A stretch of DNA of 64,000 nucleotides from Thermoproteota archaeon (GCA_027492205.1 JAOZFN010000006.1:7369-71368); one strand, 5' to 3'; shown: positions 18,744 through 29,150, counted from the stretch's first letter. Program-made: numbers and translations. Notes: generated by a model not told the origin, from the sequence alone.

Positions 18744-20009
18744 TCACTTCTTCCTCTCGAGGGGCTTGACGTCGAGCACTATGCCGGCGGCGACCGTGAT
18801 GCCCATGTCCCTGACGGCGAACCTGCCCAGCTGCGGGAACTCCTGGTACTTCTCGAGGACGAAGGGCTTGATGGGCCTCATCTTGACTATGGCGGCGTCT
18901 CCCTTCTTGATGAAGGACGGGTTCTCCTCGATGACCTGGCCGGTCCTGGGGTCGAGCTTCTTCACGAGTTCGGTGATCCTGGCGGACACGTGGCCGGTGT
19001 GGGCGTGGACCACGGGGGTGTAGCCGGCGGCTATGGCGGTGGGGTGCTGGAGCACCACTATCTGGGCGGTGAACTCCTCCACCACGGTGGGCGGGTTGTT
19101 CGGGTGGCCGATGACGTCGCCCCTCTTTATCTCCTTCCTCTCGACGCCCTTGAGGTTGATGCCTATGTTATCGCCGGGCTCGGCCTTGGGCAGCTTCTCG
19201 TGGTGCATCTCGATGCTCTTGACCTCAGCGGTCTTGTGCAGCGGCTCGATGATCACGGTGTCGCCGGGCTTGATGACACCCGTCTCGACCCTGCCGACGA
19301 CCACAGTGCCGACTCCGGTGATGGAGAAGACGTCCTGCACGGGGATCCTCAGCGGCTTGTCGACGGGCTTCGGCGGGGCCTTGAAGGTGTCCATCACCTC
19401 GAACAGGGTCGGGCCGTCGTACCACGGCATCTTGTCACTCTTCCGATAGACGTTGTCGCCCTCAAGACCGCTGCAGGGGACGAACTGGATCTCATCGGGG
19501 TTGTAGCCGACCTTCCTCAGGAGCTCAGAGACCTGCTCCTTCAGCTCCTCGAACCTCTCCTTGCTGTAGTTGACGGTCGGGTCGTCCATCTTGGAGATGG
19601 CGACGGCCAGCTGGTTCACGCCGAGGGTCTTGATCAGGAAGACGTGCTCGATGGTCTGGGCCTGGACTCCCTCTCCCCTCTTGGCAGAGACCACGAGGAC
19701 CGCGGCGTCGGCCTGGCTGGCGCCGGTGATCATGTTCTTGACGAAGTCCCTGTGGCCCGGGGCGTCGATGATGGTGATCAGCTTGTGGGGGGTCTCGAGC
19801 TTGGTGTGGAACAGGTCGATGGTCATTCCGCGCTCTCTCTCCTCCTTGAGCCTGTCCACGACCCAGGCGAACTTGGCGTCGTGAGCCAGCTCCTCGGGCG
19901 GGAGTTCCTTGATTATACCGGCGTCCCAGTACAGCCTGCCTATCAGGGTGGACTTGCCGTGGTCGACGTGTCCCACGAACACGACGTTCACGTGCTCCTT
20001 CTCGGGCAT
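18744..20009 (-). CDS. tuf: Translation elongation factor EF-1alpha
   Basis: [48 protein letters not shown] and [10 protein letters not shown]. Confidence 0.98.
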   Translation of the reverse strand: MPEKEHVNVVFVGHVDHGKSTLIGRLYWDAGIIKELPPEELAHDAKFAWVVDRLKEERERGMTIDLFHTKLETPHKLITIIDAPGHRDFVKNMITGASQADAAVLVVSAKRGEGVQAQTIEHVFLIKTLGVNQLAVAISKMDDPTVNYSKERFEELKEQVSELLRKVGYNPDEIQFVPCSGLEGDNVYRKSDKMPWYDGPTLFEVMDTFKAPPKPVDKPLRIPVQDVFSITGVGTVVVGRVETGVIKPGDTVIIEPLHKTAEVKSIEMHHEKLPKAEPGDNIGINLKGVERKEIKRGDVIGHPNNPPTVVEEFTAQIVVLQHPTAIAAGYTPVVHAHTGHVSARITELVKKLDPRTGQVIEENPSFIKKGDAAIVKMRPIKPFVLEKYQEFPQLGRFAVRDMGITVAAGIVLDVKPLERKK

Positions 20010-20105
20010 CTCTCATCACCCTCTACACACGAATGCCGCACTCACGCGGGTCCTTGGGTTTTTTACGTTCGAGTTTTAAAACTTATTTGAGCGAGGCTGG
20101 AGCCG

Positions 20106-20633
20106 ATGTCAACGCCAAAGGCTAGGAGCGCGCCCTTATCGGGTCCAAGGCTTGAGGAGTCTGCTCTACAGAAGCTGGGTCTGGCGACGGCCTGGGCATG
20201 TCTAGGTCCGGCGGGTTCCATGCTCATCGGGGCACTGGCATGCGGACGTATGGGATGCCCCCTCATACCAGGATACGGCCCCCTGAACCTGGCGGCGCTG
20301 ATGGTCGCGATTCTCCTCTTCTTTTACGCCGATAGGGCCGTGAAAGCGATAAGGAAGGGAGATCCCAGGCCCTTCAGCAGAGTCCTGATAATCGGGGGGC
20401 TGGAGATACCTCTGCTCGGGCTCGCGTCGGCCCTGGCTGCGAGGACCGGCGAGACTCTGCTGACCACGCTCGCCTTCTCGGCGCTGGCCTATAGCATACT
20501 GGCCTCCGGCTGGAAGCACCTAACGCTCCTCTCCGAGGGGTCTCTAGAGCCAGAGCAGGAGAGGAGGGGGGAGGCCAGGGAGATCAGGGGCAAGGAGAGA
20601 GGCAAGGCGAAGAAGGCCAAGGGGAGGAGCTGA
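20106..20633 (+). CDS. Hypothetical membrane protein (about 4 TM, charged C-terminal tail)
   Basis: Hydrophobic segments; fills the gap between tuf and gap; TATA-like ttttaaaac at about 20074. Confidence 0.6.
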   Translation: MSTPKARSAPLSGPRLEESALQKLGLATAWACLGPAGSMLIGALACGRMGCPLIPGYGPLNLAALMVAILLFFYADRAVKAIRKGDPRPFSRVLIIGGLEIPLLGLASALAARTGETLLTTLAFSALAYSILASGWKHLTLLSEGSLEPEQERRGEAREIRGKERGKAKKAKGRS

Positions 20634-20639
20634 TGAGCC

Positions 20640-21677
20640 TCAGGGGGGCCTGAAGATCCTACCCGATTTGACTCCCAGCGACGCATCCGTTAGGTCCATG
20701 GACCTCTCCGCAGACAGATCGGTGGCGATGGCCCTTATCGCGTCGATGTTCTCTGGGATCACAATCGCCTCCTGATGTATCGCCTGGAACAGGTAGAGCC
20801 ACCGCCCGTTCACGCTCACCGAGTCGGCCCAGACGACGTTCTCGTAGATGTCAGCCCTGGGCCTGCCGAGTTCCCGTCCAATGTCCAGGACGTCCGCGGT
20901 TGACCTGAATCCGGAGGCCGCCGACACGAGCACGATCCTCCTCTCCGAAGAGAGCATCCCGAGGACCTCCTCCCTGCTGGTCTCCCGGCCCAGCTTGACC
21001 GCCAAGCTGTGCACGTGGCTGTGCGTCGTTGGAGCCTTGACGGCCATGGTGATCACGTTGAGCCCCGGGATCACGGTCTGCAGGTCGGGTCCGTGGTGAG
21101 AAGGGATCCTCGGCGGGTCCGGAACCAGGGCGTCGATGGGGCCCTTCTTGACCTCCTTTGGATCGGCCGCCCTCCTAACGAGCGTCACTATGGCCCTCTC
21201 CACACCGAACTCCCTGTCGAGCGCGTTGAGGAGCCTGGCCAAGCCCGTGGTGTTGCAGGAGACCACCCTCACGAACCGTCTCCCCCTGGCCGCATCGTAG
21301 TTGACCTGGGCGACGAAGCTTACCTCAGCCACATCCGGCGGCTCGCCCCCCTGGAAGACGGCCTTGACACCAGTGGACTCGTACGTGTCCCGCATATCCC
21401 GGCCCTTGCCCCCGGGGGTCGTGTCCACGACGACGTCCACCTCACGCAGGAGATCGTCGAGCGTTCCATGAATCGGCAGCCCCCTCTCTCGCCACGCCCG
21501 TAGGCCGACCTCCGAGGGCGCGAAGAACCTTACCCCCCTCAGGCTGACCGCGATCTCCGCCCTGTAGTCTGGCGTGGGCTTGACCACCCCGACCAGCTTC
21601 ATGTCCGACTGGGACCTGACGGCATCCGCGACCCTCGAGCCTATAGTCCCGTAGCCCACCACGCCCACCCTTATCAT
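20640..21677 (-). CDS. gap: Glyceraldehyde-3-phosphate dehydrogenase, archaeal type II
   Basis: GYGTIG.RVADAV, FQGGE, VVSCNTTGL, PSHHGPD and IHQEAIVIPENIDAIRA. Confidence 0.97.
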   Translation of the reverse strand: MIRVGVVGYGTIGSRVADAVRSQSDMKLVGVVKPTPDYRAEIAVSLRGVRFFAPSEVGLRAWRERGLPIHGTLDDLLREVDVVVDTTPGGKGRDMRDTYESTGVKAVFQGGEPPDVAEVSFVAQVNYDAARGRRFVRVVSCNTTGLARLLNALDREFGVERAIVTLVRRAADPKEVKKGPIDALVPDPPRIPSHHGPDLQTVIPGLNVITMAVKAPTTHSHVHSLAVKLGRETSREEVLGMLSSERRIVLVSAASGFRSTADVLDIGRELGRPRADIYENVVWADSVSVNGRWLYLFQAIHQEAIVIPENIDAIRAIATDLSAERSMDLTDASLGVKSGRIFRPP

Positions 21678-21684
21678 ATGGACC

Positions 21685-22938
21685 TCACCTCCTCAGTAGC
21701 ACGTCGACTGCCGGCAGGGGTAGGCCCGAGAGGGCGTAGAGAATGGCGCCCCCCGCCGTGTATATCCTGCCCTCCTCCAGGCCGACCATCTTGGCGGCCA
21801 CGCTGAGGTGACCTCCGCAGAACACCACCTCCTTCTTTGCCCTCGAGCAGGATCTGACGAAGTCCAGGGTACCCTTCCTAAATCTGGGATCCTCGAACAT
21901 GCCGAACGGCCCGTTCGCCACCACTATGTCTGAGTCGGCCACTGCGTCGGCGTAGATTCCGGTTGTGCCCGGTCCCACGTCCACGATGACCTTGCCCTCT
22001 GGCACGTTGTAGACGGGGGCGTGAGAGATCTCGTCCGTGTCCGGATCCCAGACGACGAAGTCCACTGGGTAGAGTATCTTCCCCTGGAACTCGGTCATTA
22101 GCCTCTTGGCCGCGGGCAAGAGGATCTCCCTCCTCTTGTACGTTGCGGCGGTGCTCGGTATCTTGTTGCCGGCCGCCTCGGCCATCAAGACGCCCAGCAG
22201 ACCACCCGTGATTACTAGGTCGACCAGCCCGCCCCTGAGAGACGCGTCAAGCACCCTTATCTTGTCCTCGAGCTTCGCCCCCCCAAGGGCGAAGACCCTC
22301 CTTCCTTGGACCTTGTGAATCTCCGCCAGCTCTCTGAGCATCGTTACGAGGAGCCTGCCCGCGGCCGAGGGGAGCAAGAGTGGGAAAGCGACCAGAGAGG
22401 GCTGGGAGCGGTGCGCCGCCTGGAATGCGTCGTCAACGTATGCGTCGAAGAGCGGGGCCAGCCTTCTGGCCATGTGCGTCCTCACGAGCTTCTCAGGTTC
22501 GTCCTCGAGGTTCTCCTCCGAGTGGAACCTGAGGTTCTCCAGCATGAGCAGCTCCCCCGGCCTGAGGCCTCGGATCTTCTCCCTCGCGGCGCTTCCAACG
22601 ACGGAGTCGGTCCACTGCACATCCGTCTCGAGGATCTGACTCAGAATCTTGGCGTGGGCCTCCGTGCTAATGAAGTCGGGGCTCCCCGGCCTCCCCTGGT
22701 GGGTGCCGACGACGACCGCGGCTCCGTTATCGAGCAGCTCGCGGAGGGTTTCGGCAGCCTGCTCGATCTTCGTGGCGTCCATGATCACGGGCTCCGGGCC
22801 GTCCCCCTTCTCCACCGGGACGTTCATGTCCACCCTGACAAAGACCTTCTTCCCCTCCACGTTCAGGTCCTCGATCTTGGGGAGGGCCTCGACCTTCGCC
22901 CCCCACGTGAGGTTGATCCTGGTGGCAGTGAGCCTCAA
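21685..22938 (-). CDS. pgk: Phosphoglycerate kinase
   Basis: VRVDMNVP, HQGRPG, LENLRF, DAF.AAHRSQPS, LGGAK, DVGP.T and NGP.G.FE. Confidence 0.95.
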   Translation of the reverse strand: MRLTATRINLTWGAKVEALPKIEDLNVEGKKVFVRVDMNVPVEKGDGPEPVIMDATKIEQAAETLRELLDNGAAVVVGTHQGRPGSPDFISTEAHAKILSQILETDVQWTDSVVGSAAREKIRGLRPGELLMLENLRFHSEENLEDEPEKLVRTHMARRLAPLFDAYVDDAFQAAHRSQPSLVAFPLLLPSAAGRLLVTMLRELAEIHKVQGRRVFALGGAKLEDKIRVLDASLRGGLVDLVITGGLLGVLMAEAAGNKIPSTAATYKRREILLPAAKRLMTEFQGKILYPVDFVVWDPDTDEISHAPVYNVPEGKVIVDVGPGTTGIYADAVADSDIVVANGPFGMFEDPRFRKGTLDFVRSCSRAKKEVVFCGGHLSVAAKMVGLEEGRIYTAGGAILYALSGLPLPAVDVLLRR

Positions 22939-23753
22939 GGCTCCACCACCGCCCCCTCGAGAGCGTCCTTACAGGCGCAGGACCTCTCTTGGGGTATTCT
23001 CTCCACGGCGATCCTGAGCATGGACTTCACGTCCTCTATCCTGCGGGCGAAGACCTCCTTGACCTCGTCGTGGGTGAGCTTGGCCGGGCCGGATACTCCG
23101 GCGGCGTAGTTGGTCACCACGGTCACCGTGGCGTAGCAGGCGGCCACCTCCCTCGCCAGAATGGCCTCGGGGCACCCGGTCATCCCAACGACCGTGCCGC
23201 CCAGCATCCTGAAGGCCCGTATCTCGGCGGGCGTCTCGAACCTATTGCCCTCGGCGCAAACGTACACGCCCCCATCGACCGGATCAAGCCCCAGCTCCCT
23301 TCCGGCCTCCAGGAGGGCGCCCCTCAGCTCCGGGCAGTAGGTGTGCGGAGTCATCGACACGTGGACGACGCCGCCGACGACCCTGTCTCCGATGCGGATT
23401 CTGGTCTTCCCGTCGTAGAAGGTCGTCGGCCGATTCTTGGTGAAGTCGATGAGGTCGTCGGGTATAAGTATCGTGCCCGGGCCATGAGCGGGGTCGAGGG
23501 AGCCCACGGCGTTGGTGGCGAGTATCCTGACGACCCCCAGGGTGCGGAGGGCGAGTATGTTCGCCCTATAGTTGACCATGAAGGGGGGCACCTCGTGCCT
23601 CTCACCATGCCTCGGTATGAACGCGACCTCACTCCCCCCCATCTTGCCGACCGCGACCTTCACCTGACCGAAGGGCGTGTCGACTATCAGCCTCTCAGGA
23701 TCCTCTAGAAGCTCGTAAAACCCGCTGCCGCCTATAATGCCAACTTTGGGCAT
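22935..23753 (-). CDS. MTAP-family purine nucleoside phosphorylase, probably methylthioinosine/6-oxopurine specific
   Basis: GIIGGSG, PRHG..H..PP..VNYRANI.AL, EG.RFETPAE and VGMT..PE..LARE; it has VTNYA where adenine-specific MTAP has VTDYD. Confidence 0.9.
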   Translation of the reverse strand: MPKVGIIGGSGFYELLEDPERLIVDTPFGQVKVAVGKMGGSEVAFIPRHGERHEVPPFMVNYRANILALRTLGVVRILATNAVGSLDPAHGPGTILIPDDLIDFTKNRPTTFYDGKTRIRIGDRVVGGVVHVSMTPHTYCPELRGALLEAGRELGLDPVDGGVYVCAEGNRFETPAEIRAFRMLGGTVVGMTGCPEAILAREVAACYATVTVVTNYAAGVSGPAKLTHDEVKEVFARRIEDVKSMLRIAVERIPQERSCACKDALEGAVVEP

Positions 23754-23880
23754 TTTGGACGCTCACCCTGCTCCCTATCTAGCTGGCAATATTTTAAATA
23801 GCGGAACGGGTCGCGATTCGACGGATCAGGGGACCGCAGCCGAAGGTCCCGATTCAATTGGAACCTGGGAGGTGAACGGA

Positions 23881-25530
23881 TTGGCTCTTGCGACCATAGG
23901 GGGAAGACCCGTCCTCATACTGAAGGAGGGTACCACCCGGACCAGAGGAGAAGAGGCGAGGAGGATCAATATAATGGCGGCTCGGGCCATCTCTGACGCC
24001 ATCAAGACCACCCTCGGCCCCAAGGGAATGGACAAGATGATAGTGGACTCGCTGGGCGACATCACCATCAGCAACGACGGCGCCACGATCTTGGAGGAGA
24101 TGGAGGTCGCGCACCCGGCCGCCAAGATCATGGTCAACCTCGCCAAGGCTCAGGACAAGGAGGTGGGGGACGGCACCACTACCGCGGTCGTCCTAGCTGG
24201 GGAGCTATTGGCCGAGGCGGAGAACCTCCTCAACAAGGATATCCACCCGACAATCATCATAGACGGCTATGAGAGAGCCCTGAGGTTCGTCGAGGGCGAA
24301 CTGGACAAGATCGCCATAGAGGTGGATCCCGACGACTTGGAACTTCTCAAGAAGGTTGCCGAGACCTCTATGAGCAGCAAGCTGGTTAGGGGCGCGAGGA
24401 AGAAGCTGGCCGAAGTCGTTGTCGAGGCCGTCAAGGCCGTTGAGGAGGTGCAGGGCGGAAAGAGGGTCGTGGACGTGGACAACGTGAAGATCATGAAGAA
24501 GAAGGGAGAGAGCCTTGACGAGACCCAGTTCATCAGGGGGGTCGTGCTCGACAAGGAGGTCGTCCACAGGGACATGCCGAAGCTTATCAGGGACGCCAAG
24601 ATTGCCCTCCTGAACCTGTCCCTCGAGGTCAAGAAGCCCGAGATCGACGTTGAGATCCAGATATCCAGCCCAGAGGAGCTGAGGGCCTTCATAGACCAGG
24701 AGACTCAGATCCTCAGGGAGAAGGTGGAGAAGATCGCCGCTACCGGTGCCAACGTGGTCTTCTGCCAGAAGGGCATCGACGAGGTGGCCCAGCACTTCCT
24801 CGCCCAGAAGGGCATAATGGCCGTCCGCAGGGTCAGCGAGAAGGACATGAAGAGGCTCGAGAGAGCCACCGGCGGGAAGATAGTCAACAACCTTGAGGAC
24901 CTCACCGAGGACGAGCTGGGCTACGCGGGACTCGTGGAGGAGAGGAAGATCGGCGAGGATCGCATGGTGTTCGTTGAGGACTGCAAGAACCCCAAGGCCG
25001 TGACCGTCCTCCTGAGGGCCGGCGCGGACACCATCCTCGACGAGGCCGAGAGGGGCCTGAAGGATGCCCTCTACGTGGTTAGGAACGTCGTCGAGGACGG
25101 CAAGGTCTGCTACGGCGGCGGCGCGGTGCAGATCGACCTGGCCAGGAAGCTAAGAGACTACGCCGAGACCGTCGGGGGCAAGGAGCAGCTGGCCATGGAG
25201 GCCTACGCCGCCGCGCTGGAGTCCATCCCGAGGATACTGGCAGAGAACGCTGGCATGGACTCCATAGACGTCCTCGTCAGGCTCAGGCAAGCCCACGCCG
25301 AGGGCAAGGTGTCCTACGGCGTCGACCCCGTCAGGGGAGAGATCGCCGACATGGCCGAGCTGGGCGTCTACGACACCTACAGGGGAGTGAAGAACTCCAT
25401 CTCCTCCGCCACGGAGACAGCGATCCTGATAATCAAGACTGACGACATAATAGCCGCCAAGCCGTACGAGAAGGAAGAGAAGAAGGAGGAGAAGGAGGAG
25501 GAGAAGGAGGAGAGCAAGTTCGAGTTCTGA
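23881..25530 (+). CDS. ths: Thermosome (group II chaperonin) subunit with an acidic C-terminal tail
   Basis: [24 protein letters not shown] and GGGA; TTG start preceded by the SD sequence ggaggtga. Confidence 0.97.
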   Translation: MALATIGGRPVLILKEGTTRTRGEEARRINIMAARAISDAIKTTLGPKGMDKMIVDSLGDITISNDGATILEEMEVAHPAAKIMVNLAKAQDKEVGDGTTTAVVLAGELLAEAENLLNKDIHPTIIIDGYERALRFVEGELDKIAIEVDPDDLELLKKVAETSMSSKLVRGARKKLAEVVVEAVKAVEEVQGGKRVVDVDNVKIMKKKGESLDETQFIRGVVLDKEVVHRDMPKLIRDAKIALLNLSLEVKKPEIDVEIQISSPEELRAFIDQETQILREKVEKIAATGANVVFCQKGIDEVAQHFLAQKGIMAVRRVSEKDMKRLERATGGKIVNNLEDLTEDELGYAGLVEERKIGEDRMVFVEDCKNPKAVTVLLRAGADTILDEAERGLKDALYVVRNVVEDGKVCYGGGAVQIDLARKLRDYAETVGGKEQLAMEAYAAALESIPRILAENAGMDSIDVLVRLRQAHAEGKVSYGVDPVRGEIADMAELGVYDTYRGVKNSISSATETAILIIKTDDIIAAKPYEKEEKKEEKEEEKEESKFEF

Positions 25531-25561
25531 GCTCTCCTCTCTCAAACTCTTTTTCTACCCA

Positions 25562-26956
25562 TCACCCCTTGTCGGAGAGGTTCCTGTCTCCACCCCGGCG
25601 GAGCGCGCCGGACACCAGCAGGGCAAGCGCCGGCGCGAAGAACGAGTAGAGGTAGGGGTGCACGGGGCCTGACTCAATCCAGACGAGGCTGGCGCTGAGG
25701 AGTATTGGGTAGAGCACCTTCGCAGCGGAGTCTCCCGAGCGAGCCAGCTTGAGCACGCCGCCCGCTATGGCGCCGAGCACTAGGGGAACCGCCGCGACTC
25801 CGACGACGCCGAAGTCTATCCAGATGGGCCCCACCATGGAGGTCGTGTAGGCGACCGGCAGGCCCACGACGGCCTCGCCCGTCAGCGCGCCCACGAGAGG
25901 CCTCGGAATTCCAAGCATGGTCAGCAGAGGGTTAATGAACAGGAGAATTCCGTAGGTCATCCCCCAGGGCGGGTAGGTCTTCAGGATCAGCGTCAGGGAA
26001 TACAGGGTGAAGCCGGCTCTGCTAACGAGGACGTAGTAGGCGTCACCAGTGAGGCCGGCCCTCGCCATGAGTATTACCTTCTGAAAGGTGAACATCAGGA
26101 GGCCGGGGACCGCCAGGTACGCGAGGACCTGCCTGACCTTGACTAGTCCACCCAGCCACATGGCAACGATCAGCGTTCCGAGGGCAACCACCACGTCCAG
26201 CCTGAACCCCGACGGGAACGTGAGGGCGAGGGAAATTCCCATTAGGCCGGCGCAGGCAATAAGGGCGTCCTCCCTTCGAATTGATCCCTTCTGGCCAGCC
26301 GCGGAGGACAACCAAGCAACGAGGGCAGACAGGCCAAGGAGGTACGCGTCGTAGCTGATCATCCAGAATGCGTCGTGCCTTCTCAGCTCTGGGTATAGGA
26401 GGGGAATGGCGCCCAGCCGCAGGTAGTTGACCAAGAGCCCCACGCCACCGGCGATGAGCAGGGGCAGGGAGAAGTGAAGGAGACCCTCGCCCCTCAGCCG
26501 TATGACCGCGCGGCCGGGAACCCTGGAGATCGCAGCCCTAGCGCCCAGCGAGTACGCCGCCACGGCTAAGGTCCACAGCGCGATGCCTGCAACCCACAGC
26601 GTGAGGTCCACTATCGGCAGGGGGCTCACAAGCGCCAGCGCCAGGTAGAGCGCGTAGGCCAGTGGGACGGCCAGCACGGGAGAGGCCGCCCCGTATCTCC
26701 CAGAAGCCACCGCAAGTGTTCTGAGAACGAGGCTCGAGGCCGACGCCTCGACGAGGCGATCGGCGAGTTTGTTGACGAAGGAAAAGGCCCTGCGAAGCGT
26801 GCCCGGAATCCGTGAGATTCTGAGACCTTCGTGGACCTCACAGGCGTGGGCTGTGGGCGCCACGGACGCCAGAATCTCCTCGAGGAACCTGCCGACCGCC
26901 ATCTCAAGCTTGATGAGGATCCTAATGGCTCTCCAGGTTAGGCTCATCGAACCCAC
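25562..26956 (-). CDS. Polytopic membrane protein, putative oligosaccharide repeat-unit (Wzy-like) polymerase of the archaeal DUF70 type
   Basis: About 11-12 TM segments; G.IPLL..ELR, GFR, RAGFT..L, P.G.TYG and T.S.VGP.W.DFG..G motifs recalled from this family. Confidence 0.65.
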   Translation of the reverse strand: MGSMSLTWRAIRILIKLEMAVGRFLEEILASVAPTAHACEVHEGLRISRIPGTLRRAFSFVNKLADRLVEASASSLVLRTLAVASGRYGAASPVLAVPLAYALYLALALVSPLPIVDLTLWVAGIALWTLAVAAYSLGARAAISRVPGRAVIRLRGEGLLHFSLPLLIAGGVGLLVNYLRLGAIPLLYPELRRHDAFWMISYDAYLLGLSALVAWLSSAAGQKGSIRREDALIACAGLMGISLALTFPSGFRLDVVVALGTLIVAMWLGGLVKVRQVLAYLAVPGLLMFTFQKVILMARAGLTGDAYYVLVSRAGFTLYSLTLILKTYPPWGMTYGILLFINPLLTMLGIPRPLVGALTGEAVVGLPVAYTTSMVGPIWIDFGVVGVAAVPLVLGAIAGGVLKLARSGDSAAKVLYPILLSASLVWIESGPVHPYLYSFFAPALALLVSGALRRGGDRNLSDKG

Positions 26957-26959
26957 CCC

Positions 26960-27826
26960 CTATCCCTTGAACTCGACCATGAACTTGGCGTAGCGGACCC
27001 CTTCCACGGAGGAGACGGCCCCGTATATGGCGGACTTCTCTCCCGGGCTTGGTGGTCTGTCGAAGACCACCTTGACCCGGATGTCATACGCCAGCATCTT
27101 GCGCGCGTCTGCAGGCAGCCATGCCCTCAGGATGGAGTCGAGCTTGGTGAGGTCCTCCCAGTTCATGTTCTCCACGACCAAGTAGAAGGGGGTCACCGTC
27201 GAGCCTACGAAGAGGAAGAGGCCGGAGCACTCCTCATTGACCTCACTCTGTAGCCAGTATATCGGAACCTCGTTCCCCCTTATGGCCTCAGAGAGGCCCC
27301 CACCGTGCAGCTTGAAGGACACGAACAGCTCGTATCCCACGCCGCCACTCGACACGGCGCCGGCGACCTCCCCCACCCTGGAGATCAGGTCATCCAATCC
27401 GTCGGTCCACAGTGGGTCCAGGCTCACCAGCAGCCTGTCTACGTTCCTGTCTACCTTGAGAGCGAGTCTGAGGGGGTCGACCTCCTGCGGAAGCGGGTCC
27501 CTCACCTTCTGGTCGGAGGAGTAGACCAGGAACACGTCTCCCCCCGCGCTGAAGTATATGGTCGCCCTGGCTGAGTCCAGGACGAATCCCGTGGAGTTTA
27601 TCAGCGTTCCATTGACGTGGACGCCGAGTATTCCGCCTCTCAGCGAGTATCCCCTGGACCGGTAGAAGTTGGCTATGTACGCGGCCGACTGGCCGCTCCT
27701 CACGTCTCCCCGGTAGTATAAGTGAGCGTTCACCTTCATGTAGGCGACTCCCACCGCGGCGGTCACGACGAGAATGTCCAGCGCGACCCCCAGGAGTCTC
27801 AACGCCCTATCCGACTCCACGGCCAC
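26960..27826 (-). CDS. Single-pass membrane protein, paralog of the upstream gene
   Basis: N-terminal TM LGVALDILVVTAAVGVAY, then SRGY; GTG start after a ggggtgag SD-like sequence (ORF track extends to 27865). Confidence 0.75.
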   Translation of the reverse strand: MAVESDRALRLLGVALDILVVTAAVGVAYMKVNAHLYYRGDVRSGQSAAYIANFYRSRGYSLRGGILGVHVNGTLINSTGFVLDSARATIYFSAGGDVFLVYSSDQKVRDPLPQEVDPLRLALKVDRNVDRLLVSLDPLWTDGLDDLISRVGEVAGAVSSGGVGYELFVSFKLHGGGLSEAIRGNEVPIYWLQSEVNEECSGLFLFVGSTVTPFYLVVENMNWEDLTKLDSILRAWLPADARKMLAYDIRVKVVFDRPPSPGEKSAIYGAVSSVEGVRYAKFMVEFKG

Positions 27827-27827
27827 C

Positions 27828-28655
27828 TCACCCCTCGCGCCTAACCCTGATCCCCTCAGCCCCAATCTCCCGCAGAGAACCTCCGACGGCGTCTGCGTCC
27901 ACCCTCACGGGATCTGTGAGTACGGTAAGCTGGATTGGTCCCGAGATTAATCCCTTCACGGCGACCCCCTCTCTCTCGAGTATCTCAATGATCCTTCTGA
28001 GCAGGGTGGAGGAGTCTTCGGCTGGCACGAATCTCATCTTGACGAGGATCTCATTCCCAGCCGTCTCGACTTCTATGACCCCCCCCTGCCCGGCAGCCAC
28101 GTCCTGAATCAGGCTGGCCGGGATCGTCACGTTGGACTCCTCCATCCATACCCCGACCGTAGCCGACACGAGGCAGGCTTCAACGCCCTCGAAGCGCTCG
28201 AGGATCGTGCAGAGCGACTCTAGGGAGTCCGGTCCTATGGTTTCACTCGGGACTATGGCGTCGATCCTGACCACACCGCTGGGCTGCTCTATTCTCATGA
28301 GTATTCTGCTGGGAACTCCGTTGACGTAGGGCCTGTCGAACTCGTCCGACAGCACTAAGACCCCCCTCTGGGGGTCGAAGAGGACCAGCCTCTTGCTGTC
28401 CGCGTACACGACTCTCCCAATCGCTTTGAATGATCCTCCCGCGTACCAGGCCCCCTCGACCTCGAGTTCCACGGCGTACCCGCGAGATGCCGAGCTGTGA
28501 TAAGTGGCGGCTATGCCCACCATGTTGGCGCCCCGGATGTCGAAGTACCTGTCCCTGGGGGTGACGGCCGCGTAGGCCACCCCGACGGCGACGGACAGAA
28601 CCACCATGTCCAGGGCCAGCCCGAGCGCTCGCCTCTTCGCCCCACCCTCAACCAA
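27828..28655 (-). CDS. Single-pass membrane protein, paralog of the downstream gene
   Basis: N-terminal TM LGLALDMVVLSVAVGVAY, then SRGY. Confidence 0.75.
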   Translation of the reverse strand: MVEGGAKRRALGLALDMVVLSVAVGVAYAAVTPRDRYFDIRGANMVGIAATYHSSASRGYAVELEVEGAWYAGGSFKAIGRVVYADSKRLVLFDPQRGVLVLSDEFDRPYVNGVPSRILMRIEQPSGVVRIDAIVPSETIGPDSLESLCTILERFEGVEACLVSATVGVWMEESNVTIPASLIQDVAAGQGGVIEVETAGNEILVKMRFVPAEDSSTLLRRIIEILEREGVAVKGLISGPIQLTVLTDPVRVDADAVGGSLREIGAEGIRVRREG

Positions 28656-28742
28656 CGCCTCAACCCTCCATTCAGTCGAGCCTTCGCCAGCGGTATGCTT
28701 ATTTAACCGAGGGTAGGCTGGGACCGGGGAGGTCGTGGATCA

Positions 28743-29150
28743 GTGCCGCACTACTACCACGGACCCGTGGCCACCCGCGGAAGAACCCCGACGGGAGGGA
28801 AGATCCGGAAGACTCGCAAGAAGAGGAAGAGGGAGATGGGCAGGTTCCCGGCTCTCACGAGGATAGGAGAGAGGAGACTGAAGCTCATCAGGGCGATGGG
28901 AGGGAACTACAAGCTGAGGCTGCTGAGCGACAGCTACGCTAACGTCGTTGTGCCGGGAGAGGGTGCGAAGAGGGTCAGGATCTTGGACGTGGTGGACAAC
29001 CCGGCGAGCAAGGCCTTCAAGAGGTTCAAGATCATAACTCGCGGGGCGATCATCAGGACCGAGCTGGGCCTGGCCAGAGTGACCTCCAGCCCGGGGCAGC
29101 ACGGCGTGATAAACGCCGTCCTGATGGAGGAGGAGCAGTCTGCCTCGTGA
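28743..29150 (+). CDS. rps8e: 30S ribosomal protein eS8
   Basis: [49 protein letters not shown]. Confidence 0.96.
   Translation: MPHYYHGPVATRGRTPTGGKIRKTRKKRKREMGRFPALTRIGERRLKLIRAMGGNYKLRLLSDSYANVVVPGEGAKRVRILDVVDNPASKAFKRFKIITRGAIIRTELGLARVTSSPGQHGVINAVLMEEEQSAS

Noticed and set aside
18990-20090. 366-aa plus-strand ORF and many similar long antisense ORFs (e.g. 14814-15674, 39300-40286, 42606-43616, 47805-48959)
   Set aside because: Shadow frames of conserved, codon-biased genes in GC-rich DNA; no motifs and no independent start signals
25466-25515. Tandem GAG/AAG repeats
   Set aside because: They encode the charged thermosome C-terminal tail, not a DNA repeat element
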